Shown in pieces: positions 33,820 to 43,198 of a stretch of 64,000 nt of DNA; position 1 is the stretch's first letter; every line of letters starts with the position of its first letter. The notes below the pieces were generated by a model. It was not told the origin of the DNA and did no database searches. It worked only from the letters and a program-made list of their open reading frames with translations. This stretch comes from Rhodocyclales bacterium (GTDB lineage: Bacteria; Pseudomonadota; Gammaproteobacteria; Burkholderiales; Rhodocyclaceae). The position numbers and the translations under genes were made by a program. Location of the stretch: NCBI GenBank assembly GCA_037440385.1, contig JBBIUI010000003.1:4533-68532 (forward strand). Reading direction: 5' to 3'.

Positions 33820-34716
33820 TCAACGGATCGGCGCCGCCGCGACACGCGCGCCGGACGATCCGGACGACGATCCAGACGCACCACCGGCTTCGACCGTTCG
33901 CGCCTGTCCCGGTTCGGAGTCACCGAGCAGCAGCAGGGACGCACCCGCATGCGCGGGATCGACCCGGGCCGACCATTCGGCGCCGGCGTCCTGCGCCGGA
34001 GCGGCGCCGAGGCGCTCGCGCGGCGGGTTGCCGTCGTGAATCAGGCTGCGGCGCCGCTGCAGATACGCATCGCGGACATAGTCATACTTGTCGAGCGCCG
34101 CTTCGCGCACCACCTTGTCTGCCGGCAGGAAGGATGCGCGGTCGGACACGACCCGCACCGCGCTGAGCGTATTGCGGCTCGGCACGTGATCGACGTTGAG
34201 CACCGGGTCCACGTACAGGTCGGCACCCAGCCCGAACGTGTCGCGCACGGTCCGCGGCCCGAAGAACGGCAGCACGACATAGGCGCCATCGCCCACGCCC
34301 CAGCGCCCGAGCGTCTGACCGAAGTCCTCGTCGTGCTTCTCCAGCCCCATCTCGGTGGCGACGTCGAACAGCCCGAGGATGCCCACCGTCGAGTTGATCA
34401 GCACCCTGCCGAGATCGGATGCCGCCTGGCCCGGCTTGCCCTGGAACAGGTTGTTGAGGCTGATCCACAGGTCGCCGACGTTCGAGAACGCGTTGGACAC
34501 GCCGGTGCGCACCGGCAGCGGGGCGACCGTGTCGTAAGCCTGCGCGGCCGGCTTGATCAGCGCCTTGTCGAGCCCTTCGTTGAAGCCGAACATGGCGCGG
34601 TTGAAACCCTCGATGGGGTCGCGCGGATCGCCGCCGGTGCTGGCGCAGCCGGAAACGAGCCACGCCGAGCCGATCGCCGCCGCGGCGAGGAATTTCCTGG
34701 AGGTCGACGTCATCAT
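33820..34716 (-). CDS. mlaA: outer-membrane lipoprotein MlaA (VacJ)
   Basis: Lipobox LVSGC; DPIEGFNRAMFGFNEGLDKALIKPAAQAYD is the VacJ signature region. Confidence 0.85.
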   Translation of the reverse strand: MMTSTSRKFLAAAAIGSAWLVSGCASTGGDPRDPIEGFNRAMFGFNEGLDKALIKPAAQAYDTVAPLPVRTGVSNAFSNVGDLWISLNNLFQGKPGQAASDLGRVLINSTVGILGLFDVATEMGLEKHDEDFGQTLGRWGVGDGAYVVLPFFGPRTVRDTFGLGADLYVDPVLNVDHVPSRNTLSAVRVVSDRASFLPADKVVREAALDKYDYVRDAYLQRRRSLIHDGNPPRERLGAAPAQDAGAEWSARVDPAHAGASLLLLGDSEPGQARTVEAGGASGSSSGSSGARVAAAPIR

Positions 34717-35198
34717 CGCGATCCTTTCGCTTGTTGTTCGGGCGCTTCGGCCGCCTTGTTGAACAGGAACTGGCCGATGAGCTTCTCCAGCACGACGGCC
34801 GACTGCGTCTTCTTGATCGTGTCTCCCGCCTTCAGCATCTGCGGATCACCGCCGACCTCCAGCGAAACATACTGCTCGCCGAGCAGGCCGGAGGTGTTGA
34901 TCGTCGCGAAGGTGTCACGCGGAAACTTCAGCCGATTGTCCAGTGCGATCGACACTTCGGCCTGGTATTCGCCCCCATCGAACCGGATCGACTCCACCCG
35001 CCCGACGACCACTCCGGCGCTCTTGACCGGCGCGCGCACCTTGAGCCCGCCGATGTTGTCGAACCTGGCCTTCACCAAATACGTGTCCGACATATTAACG
35101 GCGCTGAGGTTCCCGACCTTGAGCGCGAGGAACAGCAGCGCCCCCAGGCCGGCGGCAACGAAAAATCCCACCCACAGATCCAGCGCGGTACGGCTCAT
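34713..35198 (-). CDS. mlaD: MCE-domain protein MlaD
   Basis: MSRTALDLWVGFFVAAGLGALLFLALKVGN..., a single TM plus MCE fold. Confidence 0.85.
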   Translation of the reverse strand: MSRTALDLWVGFFVAAGLGALLFLALKVGNLSAVNMSDTYLVKARFDNIGGLKVRAPVKSAGVVVGRVESIRFDGGEYQAEVSIALDNRLKFPRDTFATINTSGLLGEQYVSLEVGGDPQMLKAGDTIKKTQSAVVLEKLIGQFLFNKAAEAPEQQAKGSR

Positions 35199-35980
35199 CA
35201 GGCACCTCGGAACATGAATGCGGTCAGTATGAAATCGATCGCCAGGATCGCCAGCGAGGACGTCACCACCGTGCGCGTGGTGGCGCCGGAGACCCCTTCG
35301 GCGGTCGGCGGCGCATCGTATCCCTCGAACACCGCGATCACGGATACCGCGACGCCGAACACGGCGCTCTTGATGACGCCGTTCAGGATGTCCTCGCGGA
35401 AATCGACCGCGGACTGCATCTGCGACCAGAACTGGCCCTCGTCGACGCCGATCAGCACGACGCCGACCAGATAGCCGCCGAACACCCCCATCGCCGAGAA
35501 CATCGCGGCGAGCAGCGGCATCGAGATCACACCGCCCCAGAAACGCGGTGCGACCACGCGCGCGATCGGGTTCACCGCCATCATCTCCATCGCCGAGAGC
35601 TGTTCGGTCGCCTTCATCAGCCCGATCTCGGCGGTGATGGCCGAGCCCGCCCGGCTCGCGAACAGCAGCCCGGCCACCACCGGGCCGAGCTCTCGCACCA
35701 GCGACAGCGCCACCAGCACGCCGAGCGCCTCCGCCGATCCATAACGTTGCAGGGTATCGTAGCCCTGCAGTCCCAGCACCATGCCGACGAACAGGCCGGA
35801 CACCAGGATGATGATCAGCGAGAGCACGCCGGTGAAGTAGATCTCGCGCACGACCAGCGGGAAACGCCGTAGCGCGCCGCCCGACAGCGCCAGCGTCACG
35901 GCGAAGAAGCGGGCCGCGAAACCGAGCCGCCAGATCCCGTCGTCGACCCGGCGCCCCAGCCCTCGGATCAGCTCAAGCAA
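35198..35980 (-). CDS. mlaE: ABC permease MlaE
   Basis: 260 aa, polytopic. The REIYFTGVLSLIIILVSGLFVGMVLGLQGY pattern is typical of MlaE. TTG start as given by the track. Confidence 0.88.
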   Translation of the reverse strand: MLELIRGLGRRVDDGIWRLGFAARFFAVTLALSGGALRRFPLVVREIYFTGVLSLIIILVSGLFVGMVLGLQGYDTLQRYGSAEALGVLVALSLVRELGPVVAGLLFASRAGSAITAEIGLMKATEQLSAMEMMAVNPIARVVAPRFWGGVISMPLLAAMFSAMGVFGGYLVGVVLIGVDEGQFWSQMQSAVDFREDILNGVIKSAVFGVAVSVIAVFEGYDAPPTAEGVSGATTRTVVTSSLAILAIDFILTAFMFRGA

Positions 35981-36782
35981 CGCGCGCCCCCATCAGCTGT
36001 TCGCGGTAGCCCGCGGCCGGATAGTGGAACGGTACCGGCCCGTCCGGCTCCGCCCAGACGAACTGGTGCACCCACGGGTCCTTCGATTCGCGGATCTCCG
36101 CCGGCGTGCCCTGCGCCACGATCCTGCCCTCGGAAACGAAATAGATATCGTCGACGATGTGCAGCGATTCTTGCACGTCGTGCGTGACCACGATCGAGCA
36201 CGCGCCGAGCGCATCGTTGAGCCTGCGGATCAGTTGCCCGACCACCCCGAGCGAAATCGGGTCGAGCCCGGCGAACGGCTCGTCATAAAGTATCAGCATC
36301 GGATCGAGCGCGATCGCTCGCGCGAGCGCCACCCGCCGTGCCATGCCGCCCGAGAGCTCCGCCGGCATCAGCTTCGCCGCGCCGCGCAGTCCCACCGCGT
36401 GCAGCTTCATCGTGACCAGATCCGCGATCAGCTCTTCGGGCAGGTCCGTGTGCTCGCGCATCTGGAAGGCGACGTTCTCGTACACCGACATGTCGGTAAA
36501 CAGCGCGCCGAACTGGAACAGCATTCCCATGCGCCGGCGCAGTGCGTACAGGCCCGCGCGGTCGAGTTCATGGACGACCTTCCCGGCCACCCGCACTTCC
36601 CCATGGGCGGGCTTGAGCTGGCCGCCGATCAGCCGCAGCAGGGTCGTCTTGCCGCAGCCGCTCCCGCCCATGATCGCGACGACCCGCCCGCGCGGGATCT
36701 CCAGGTTGATCCCGCTCAGCACCGGCCGTTCGTCATACGAGAAACCGAGATCCGAAATCCTTACCAGCGATTCGCCTGACAC
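35973..36782 (-). CDS. mlaF: ABC ATPase MlaF
   Basis: Walker A GGSGCGKTT, LSGGMARRVALARA, ILYDEP. GTG at 36782 (VSGESLVRISDLGFSY) gives about 269 aa. The 347-aa track ORF is over-extended. Confidence 0.85.
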   Translation of the reverse strand: MSGESLVRISDLGFSYDERPVLSGINLEIPRGRVVAIMGGSGCGKTTLLRLIGGQLKPAHGEVRVAGKVVHELDRAGLYALRRRMGMLFQFGALFTDMSVYENVAFQMREHTDLPEELIADLVTMKLHAVGLRGAAKLMPAELSGGMARRVALARAIALDPMLILYDEPFAGLDPISLGVVGQLIRRLNDALGACSIVVTHDVQESLHIVDDIYFVSEGRIVAQGTPAEIRESKDPWVHQFVWAEPDGPVPFHYPAAGYREQLMGARVA

Positions 36783-36810
36783 GCCCTGGCCCCCTGACGA
36801 CAAGCGGCAA

Positions 36811-36819
36811 ATTTTAACA
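36811..36819 (-). promoter_or_regulatory. candidate extended -10 (TGtTAAAAT) for the mla operon
   Basis: Reverse complement of attttaaca, about 29 nt upstream of the mlaF GTG, in a locally AT-richer patch. Confidence 0.3.
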
Positions 36820-36919
36820 TGGAAGCATTGGAGGACCTGAGCAGTCTGCCCGCCCGCAGACGAGCGGATTTCGATTCGGCTGCATCGAGGCCGCTGCGAT
36901 TGCGGCGTGCGCGAACGTA

Positions 36920-36953
36920 GCGGATCGATCCGCGCGCACCCTTGCGCTATCAT
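36920..36953 (+). promoter_or_regulatory. perfect 14-bp palindrome GCGGATCGATCCGC followed by a TATCAT -10-like hexamer, upstream of the sigma-54 activator gene
   Basis: Palindrome at 36920-36933, TATCAT at 36948-36953. The TTG start at 36995 is preceded by a GAGGAA Shine-Dalgarno. Confidence 0.3.
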
Positions 36954-36994
36954 GGACCGCGTCATTCGCCCCACGGCCGCAGCGAGGAAACGCC

Positions 36995-38458
36995 TTGTCC
37001 GAACCCCGGAACGCACCCGCCCCGCAGCCCGGGCCGACGCTCGTCATCGTCGACGACGATCCGCTCATCACGGAAACGCTGCGTTACCTGCTCCATGACG
37101 AATTCACGGTCCTGACCGCAGCGACGCGCCGCGAGTGCATCGAGCGCATCCGGCAAGCGGCAACGCCGCCTCGACTCGCGCTGGTCGATCTCGGCCTGCC
37201 GCCGCGGCCGCATCGCCCGGACGAGGGGCTTGCGCTGATCCCCGAGCTGCTCGCGCATGCCCCGCAGGTGCGCATCGTCGTGCTGTCGGGCCAGAACGAC
37301 GAAGCCAGCGCCCGCCACGCACGCGCGCTGGGCGCGGCCGAATTCGTCGCGAAGCCGGCCGACCCTGCGCAGCTCACCCGGATCCTGCACCGGCTGCTCG
37401 ACTTCTCGCCGGCGCCGGCCGAACCGCCGCCCGGCTGCGCGGCGCTGATCGGGGACAGCCTCCCGATCCGGCGGTTGCGCACGCAGGCGCAGCAGGTCGC
37501 CGACTCGGCGTTCCCCGTGCTGATCGAAGGCGAATCGGGTACCGGCAAGGAGATCGTCGCCCACGGCTGCCTGCACCTGGACAGCGCGCGGCGCGACCGG
37601 CCCTACTTCGCGCTGAACTGCGCCGCGATCTCGCCCGCGCTGCTCGAGCCGACGCTGTTCGGCCACGCCCGGGGCGCGTTCACCGGCGCCGCGACGGCCC
37701 GCTCCGGCTACTTCGAGGACGCAGCCGACGGCAGCCTGTTTCTCGACGAGATCGGCGAACTGCCGCTCGATCTCCAGCCCAAGCTGCTGCGCGTGCTGGA
37801 AAACGGCGAATACCAGCGCGTGGGCGAGACCCAGGTGCGCACGGCCCGGGCCCGGGTCATCGCCGCCACCAACCGTGACCTGCGCAGTGAAGTGCGGGCG
37901 GGGCGTTTCCGCGCCGATCTCTATCATCGCCTGAGCGTATTCACGTTGACGATGCCCGCGCTGCGCGACATGGGCGAGGATCGCTTCGTGCTGCTCGATC
38001 ACTACCGGCGGACGTTCTCGCACGGCACCGGCCAGCGCGAATTCGAGTTCACCGGCGAAGCGAAGCGGGTGTGGGCCGGCTACGCGTTCCCCGGCAACGT
38101 GCGCGAGCTGCGCAACATCGTGATCCGGCTGCTGGCAAGCCATGCCGGCGAGACGGTGGACGCCGACACGCTGCGCGCCGAACTCGATTTCGAGGACGAA
38201 CCGCCCGTGCGCGGTGCCCCGCCGCGCAGTGCGGGCGAGCTGGCCGAGCTCGCGCTCGGGCACCTCCAGCGGCGCGAGCCGTTCGACCTCGACCAGACGC
38301 TGGGCCTGTGGGAACGGGCCTACATCGATGCGGCCTTGCGCCTGACCCGCGGCAACGTCAGCCAGGCCGCCAAGCTGCTCGGCATCAACCGGACGACGCT
38401 CTACAACCGCCTGGAAATCCACGCGCGCGAGGATCCCGCGCCGGCCGCCGGGGCGTAG
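36995..38458 (+). CDS. sigma-54-dependent response regulator (REC + AAA+ EBP + Fis-type HTH; PrsR/PilR-like)
   Basis: LVIVDDDP...[10 protein letters not shown] (receiver Asp), GESGTGKE Walker A, intact GAFTGA, C-terminal HTH ([21 protein letters not shown]). Confidence 0.9.
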   Translation: MSEPRNAPAPQPGPTLVIVDDDPLITETLRYLLHDEFTVLTAATRRECIERIRQAATPPRLALVDLGLPPRPHRPDEGLALIPELLAHAPQVRIVVLSGQNDEASARHARALGAAEFVAKPADPAQLTRILHRLLDFSPAPAEPPPGCAALIGDSLPIRRLRTQAQQVADSAFPVLIEGESGTGKEIVAHGCLHLDSARRDRPYFALNCAAISPALLEPTLFGHARGAFTGAATARSGYFEDAADGSLFLDEIGELPLDLQPKLLRVLENGEYQRVGETQVRTARARVIAATNRDLRSEVRAGRFRADLYHRLSVFTLTMPALRDMGEDRFVLLDHYRRTFSHGTGQREFEFTGEAKRVWAGYAFPGNVRELRNIVIRLLASHAGETVDADTLRAELDFEDEPPVRGAPPRSAGELAELALGHLQRREPFDLDQTLGLWERAYIDAALRLTRGNVSQAAKLLGINRTTLYNRLEIHAREDPAPAAGA

Positions 38459-38464
38459 CGGGCC

Positions 38465-39928
38465 ATGTATCTGCAGCAGTTCGGGCTTGCGCAGCCGCCC
38501 TTCCGCATCACGCCGAACACCGGCGCGTTTTTCGAGGGCGCGAACCGCGGCGCGACGCTGGAAGCCCTGCTGTACGCCATCGTCCATGACGAAGGCATCG
38601 TGCAGGTCACCGGCGAAGTCGGTAGCGGCAAGACGATGCTGTTGCGGATGGTGATCGAGCGCCTGCCGGGGCACGTCGACACGGCGTGCCTGGCCGATCC
38701 CAACCTCTCGCGCGACGAACTGCTCCACGCGCTGGCAGACGAACTGCACGCCGGGCCGCCCTCGGGACGGCCCGGCTCCGCGCTGCGCGCGCTGCAGGAG
38801 CGGCTGCTCGAGCTTCACGCGGCCGGCCGCAAGGCGGTCGCGCTGATCGACGAAGCGCACGCGATGCCTGCCGCGACGCTCGAGCAGGTCCGGCTGCTGT
38901 CCAATCTGGAAACGCGCGACGCGAAGCTGCTGCAGATCGTGCTGTTCGGCCAGCCGGAGCTCGAAGGGACGCTGGAGCGGCCCGGCATGCGGCAGTTGAA
39001 GGACCGCATCACCCAGCGTTTCGCGCTCGAACCGCTGCGCGGGCCCGACGTCCCGGCTTACATCGACTTCCGGTTGCGCGCTGCGGGTTACCGCGGAACG
39101 CCGCTGTTCACGCCGGCCGCGGTCCGTCGCATCGGCGTGGCCTCCGCAGGGCTCACCCGGCGCATCAACGTGCTGGCCGACAAGTCGATGCTGGCCGCCT
39201 TCGCGGCCGGCAGGCAGCGCATCGGCACGGCCGAGGTCGCACGCGCGATCCGGGACGCCGCCGGACCGCGCCACGCAGCCAGCGGAAGATACGGGCTGCC
39301 GGCGGCGCTGGCCGCCATCGCGCTGGCTGCGGCGATCGGCTACGTGGCGATCCGGCCCGGGCCCGAGGCGACGCAGGCGATCGCGACGGCCGTCGCGCCG
39401 GCGCAAAGCGCTGCCCGCCCGATCGGCCCGTCGCCCGCGCGGCCGCTCGTGCAGCCGGTCTTGCAGCCGGAAGCGCCCGCAGCGCCGCCGCCCGCCGGGC
39501 CGCCTGCCGCGACGGTGACGGACGGCGGGCCCGGGCCGGCGATCGAGCACGAACCCGCGGCGTCGACGATGCCCGCCGCAAGCGCACCGGTACGGCCGCC
39601 GCAGCGCACCGGCACGCGGATCGAGGCGGCGCTCGAACGTACTGCGAGCCGGCTGGCGGAGAAGCCGGGGGATCGCTGGTTCATCCAGTTGTTGTCCGCG
39701 CGCGAGCAGCGCGCGCCGGAAGTCGAACGCTTTCTCGACGGCGCAGCGCGGCTCGTCGATGAAAACGAGCTCGGCGCCTACCGGGCGCGCATCGACGGCG
39801 AACGGCACCTCGCGGTCCTCTACGGAGATTTTCCCGACCTCGCCTCGGCCAGTGGCGCGCTCCCCCGCCTGCCGGCCGAGTTGCGCGTGTATGGTGCGTT
39901 CCCGCGCCGGCTGCGCGCCGGCGAGTGA
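38465..39928 (+). CDS. ExeA/GspA/MshM-like AAA ATPase with Pro/Ala linker and SPOR-like C-terminal domain
   Basis: MYLQQFGLAQPPFRITPNTGAFF..., GEVGSGKT Walker A, IDEAH Walker B-like. TM-like AALAAIALAAAIGYV. The C-terminus (WFIQLLSAR...LGAYRARIDGERHLAVLYGDFPD) resembles a SPOR fold. Confidence 0.8.
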   Translation: MYLQQFGLAQPPFRITPNTGAFFEGANRGATLEALLYAIVHDEGIVQVTGEVGSGKTMLLRMVIERLPGHVDTACLADPNLSRDELLHALADELHAGPPSGRPGSALRALQERLLELHAAGRKAVALIDEAHAMPAATLEQVRLLSNLETRDAKLLQIVLFGQPELEGTLERPGMRQLKDRITQRFALEPLRGPDVPAYIDFRLRAAGYRGTPLFTPAAVRRIGVASAGLTRRINVLADKSMLAAFAAGRQRIGTAEVARAIRDAAGPRHAASGRYGLPAALAAIALAAAIGYVAIRPGPEATQAIATAVAPAQSAARPIGPSPARPLVQPVLQPEAPAAPPPAGPPAATVTDGGPGPAIEHEPAASTMPAASAPVRPPQRTGTRIEAALERTASRLAEKPGDRWFIQLLSAREQRAPEVERFLDGAARLVDENELGAYRARIDGERHLAVLYGDFPDLASASGALPRLPAELRVYGAFPRRLRAGE

Positions 39929-40011
39929 TCCGCGCCCCCGCGCACGCGCCGATACGCGGAATTGCGAGGGGTTGACCGCCCAGATCATCGTTCTGGCAGC
40001 GGATGTCGCCG

Positions 40012-40020
40012 TGCTATCAT
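40012..40020 (+). promoter_or_regulatory. candidate extended -10 (TGcTATCAT) upstream of the secretin gene
   Basis: gTGcTATCAT at 40011-20, with cTGGCA 16 nt upstream as a weak -35. It lies 40-57 nt before the candidate secretin starts. Confidence 0.3.
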
Positions 40021-40058
40021 CGATTCGCGCCACGTAGCGTGATGGCTCTCCCGCGCCG

Positions 40059-41921
40059 ATGGACCGAAAGGCAACCATGACAGGCCGAACCGCTCTGCTC
40101 CCCGTCGCCCTGTTCGCTGCGCTGGCGGGCGGCTGTTCCAGCCTGCCCCCGCAGCAACCGGCGGCCGGACACCTTCGCGCCGAAAACCTGCCCGCACCCG
40201 CGGCGGGCATCCCGAAACCGGTGCGCCAGTCCGCCGCACTGCCCAGACCGCGACCGGCACCGAAGGCGGAAACCTACAGCGTCGTCGTGAACGAGGTCCG
40301 GGTGCAGGATCTGCTGTTCGCGCTGGCACGCGATGCGAAGGTAAATGTCGATATCCATCCCGGCATCACCGGCACGGTGACGCTGAACGCGATCGACCAG
40401 ACGCTGCCGCAACTGCTGCAGCGCATCGCGAAACAGGTCGACATGCGCTTCGAGCTCGACGGACCGAACCTCGTCGTGATGCCCGACACGCCGTTCCTGC
40501 GCACCTACAAGGTGGATTACGTGAACCTCGCGCGCGACATGAGCGGCACCGTGTCCGTCAACACCCAGATCGGCTCGGCGGGCGGCACCGCCGCCGGCGC
40601 AACGGCACCGTCGGCAGGCGCGAACAGCTCGACGACCGAGGTCAAGAACACCGCCCGCAACCGGTTCTGGGAATCGCTGGAAAGGAACATCAAGGATCTG
40701 CTGCGCGAAACCGACAAGATCCTGCCGGAGGGCTCGAGCGAGACGACGGTCGAGCGCTCGGACGTCCAAAGCACGACCGGAACCGGCACCGCGCCGCCGG
40801 CCCCCGGCGCGAAGCGCACCGCCACCGCGACCGCGACGATCGCCGCGAGCCCGAATCCCGCCACGCTGGCCTCGGGCGCGACCACGGTGGTGCGCCGGAG
40901 CACGTTTCGCGAGGCCGCCTCGGTCATCGCGAACCCGGAGACCGGCATCGTCACGGTGCGCGCCACGTCGCGCCAGCACGAGAAGGTGCAGGAGTTCCTC
41001 GACCACGTGCTCGCGGCTGCGCGCCGCCAGGTGCTGATCGAAGCGACCATCGCGGAGGTGCAGCTCTCTCAGAACTACCAGCAGGGCATCGACTGGCAAT
41101 ACCTTCGCGATCGCGGCAGCCAGGTCGCGATCGGCCAGGGCGGCTCGACCCAGAGCATCACGTCCTCCGGTGCGTTCCAGACGATCACCTCCGCGCTCGG
41201 GGCGAGCGTCGCGAACACCGTCTTCACGCTCGCCTTCCGCAACGGCGGCTTCAGCGCTGCGATCAAGCTGCTCGAATCCTTCGGCACGGTCAAGGTGCTC
41301 TCCAGCCCCAAGCTGTCGGTTCTGAACAACCAGACCGCGATCCTCAAGGTCACCAACAGCGTCGTGTATTTCAGCGTCAAGGCCGACACGACGACGACCC
41401 AGGGCGCGCAGACGACGGCCTTCACGACCACGCCGCAGTCGGTATCGGTCGGACTGGTGCTGACCGTCACCCCGCAGATCAGCGAGGCCGATGCCGTGCT
41501 GCTCAACGTGCGCCCGTCGATCTCGCGGGTGATCGCCTTCAAGAAGGACCCGAATCCGGATCTGACGAAAAACAACGCGCCGGAGAATCTCGTGCCCGAG
41601 ATCGAGACGCGCGAGATGGAATCCGTCATGCGCGTTTCCGACGGTGAGATCGCCGTGCTCGGCGGTCTGATGCAGGACGAGATCGACTATCGCAAGGACG
41701 CGGTGCCGGGCCTGTCCGGCCTGCCGGTCGTCGGCAATCTGTTCAGCCACCGCAACGACACCAATACGAAGACGGAGCTGGTGGTGTTCCTGCGGCCGGT
41801 CATCGTGCGTGACGCCAGCATCCGGGGCGATTACCGCTCGCTGCGCGGCAGCCTGCCGGACGCCGCCTTCTTCCGCAGCGACACCGCCGAAGCGCCGGCG
41901 CAGGGGAGCACCGGGCGGTGA
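40059..41921 (+). CDS. secretin (GspD/PilQ superfamily, MshL-like), lipoprotein
   Basis: LPVALFAALAGGCSS lipobox. N-domains (VRVQDLLFALARDAKVNVDIHPGITGTVTL). Secretin core (VLIEATIAEVQLS...VKVLSSPKLSVLNNQTA...VFLRPVIVRD). An alternative ATG lies at 40077. Confidence 0.85.
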   Translation: MDRKATMTGRTALLPVALFAALAGGCSSLPPQQPAAGHLRAENLPAPAAGIPKPVRQSAALPRPRPAPKAETYSVVVNEVRVQDLLFALARDAKVNVDIHPGITGTVTLNAIDQTLPQLLQRIAKQVDMRFELDGPNLVVMPDTPFLRTYKVDYVNLARDMSGTVSVNTQIGSAGGTAAGATAPSAGANSSTTEVKNTARNRFWESLERNIKDLLRETDKILPEGSSETTVERSDVQSTTGTGTAPPAPGAKRTATATATIAASPNPATLASGATTVVRRSTFREAASVIANPETGIVTVRATSRQHEKVQEFLDHVLAAARRQVLIEATIAEVQLSQNYQQGIDWQYLRDRGSQVAIGQGGSTQSITSSGAFQTITSALGASVANTVFTLAFRNGGFSAAIKLLESFGTVKVLSSPKLSVLNNQTAILKVTNSVVYFSVKADTTTTQGAQTTAFTTTPQSVSVGLVLTVTPQISEADAVLLNVRPSISRVIAFKKDPNPDLTKNNAPENLVPEIETREMESVMRVSDGEIAVLGGLMQDEIDYRKDAVPGLSGLPVVGNLFSHRNDTNTKTELVVFLRPVIVRDASIRGDYRSLRGSLPDAAFFRSDTAEAPAQGSTGR

Positions 41922-43198
41922 GCCTGCTGATGGACGCGCTCAAGCGCGCAGAACGCGCAAGGCGCGAGACGGCGCACGGTGCGACGGCTGCGTCCGATCC
42001 CGCTCCCGCCGCCGAGCCGACACAGGAGCCGAGTTCCGGCGCGCCGGTCGAGGCGCGACCGCCGTCGGACATGGCCACGCGCCTGGAACTGCTCGAGGAG
42101 CGCCTCGAGCCCGGCGGCACGGCCGCGCATGTGCCGGACGACGGTGAGCTCGTGCGCGAGCGCGAAGCCGCGAGGAACCTGTTCGAGGCCAAACCGGCTC
42201 CCGCACGGCATGGCCTGTACTTCGGCATGGCGCTGCTCGCGCTCGCGGCGGCGGCAGCGCTCGCCGGCTACGTCTGGATCGAGACACGGCCGAATTCCGG
42301 CATCGGCTTGCCTGCGGCATTGCGAGCGCCGAAGCCGGAACCCATCGTCACGGCACCCCCGCGCGCGCCTGCGCCCGCCGCGACCCCGGCGGCACCGCCT
42401 GCGGCAGCGCTGCCACCGACTGCGGCGTCGGCCGATGCGACCGCACCGCCGAGCCCGGCGCCTGCGGCAACGGCGGCAGCGCGCGCTCAGGGGTTGCTCG
42501 CGGCGCGCCGGGCACCGCCCGACGGCGCGCAGGCGTCCGCCGACGAAGCCCCGCCGCAGGCGCGCGCCGCGCCCGCCGTACCCCGGCCCGCATCGCCGCG
42601 CATCGCGGTTCGCGTGACCACGGCGCATCCGCGCGTCAACCCCGATCTCGCGGCCGCGTACGCGCTGTACCAGTCGGGAGAGCTGGAGCGCGCCGGTGCG
42701 GCCTACCGGCAGGTGCTGCAATCGGAGCCGAACAACCGCGACGCGCTGCACGGGCTGGCGGCCATCGCGCTGCAAAACGGCGATGCGCAGACCGCGCAGG
42801 AATATCGCCTGCGCGCCCTCGAGGCCGACCCCACGGACGCCGCCGCGATGGCCGCGCTGATCGAGCTTCACAGCGCGGCCGACCCGGTCCGGACCGAGAG
42901 CCGGCTGAAGACACTGATCGCGACCGCGCCGCATGCGGCCGCCGCGCATTTCGCGCTCGGCAACCTGCATGCCGCGAACGGCCGCTGGGCGCAGGCACAG
43001 CAATCCTACTTCGCCGCCTACACGGCCGAGCCTGCGAATGCCGATTATCGGTACAACCTCGCGGTCAGCCTGGACCAGTTGCGCCAGAGCGCGCTCGCAC
43101 TGCGCTTCTATCGCGGTGCCCTCGAGGCTGCAGCGAACGGGCCGGCCGCCTTCGACCGTTCGCAGGTCGAGGCTCGCGTGCGCGAACTCCGGCAGTGA
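41918..43198 (+). CDS. bitopic TPR-repeat protein (MshN/GspB-like)
   Basis: (V)SLLMDALKRAE N-terminus, TM LYFGMALLALAAAAALAGYVWI, Pro/Ala linker, then TPR repeats (AYRQVLQSEPNNRDALHGLAAIAL...). GTGA overlap with the secretin stop. Confidence 0.65.
   Translation: MSLLMDALKRAERARRETAHGATAASDPAPAAEPTQEPSSGAPVEARPPSDMATRLELLEERLEPGGTAAHVPDDGELVREREAARNLFEAKPAPARHGLYFGMALLALAAAAALAGYVWIETRPNSGIGLPAALRAPKPEPIVTAPPRAPAPAATPAAPPAAALPPTAASADATAPPSPAPAATAAARAQGLLAARRAPPDGAQASADEAPPQARAAPAVPRPASPRIAVRVTTAHPRVNPDLAAAYALYQSGELERAGAAYRQVLQSEPNNRDALHGLAAIALQNGDAQTAQEYRLRALEADPTDAAAMAALIELHSAADPVRTESRLKTLIATAPHAAAAHFALGNLHAANGRWAQAQQSYFAAYTAEPANADYRYNLAVSLDQLRQSALALRFYRGALEAAANGPAAFDRSQVEARVRELRQ

Noticed and set aside
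39994-40009. TGGCAG-N..-GTCGC sigma-54-like element upstream of the secretin gene
   Set aside because: The GG-to-GC register is 13 nt rather than 12, and the -12 lacks TTGC. A sigma-70 extended -10 (TGcTATCAT) reading of the same region fits better.
36962-40210. 1082-aa ORF on the minus strand, the largest ORF in the track
   Set aside because: It lies antisense to three well-supported plus-strand genes (EBP, ExeA-like, secretin start). Its composition is Arg/Gly/Ala/Pro-dominated with no recognisable motif. This is the typical shadow ORF of GC-rich DNA.
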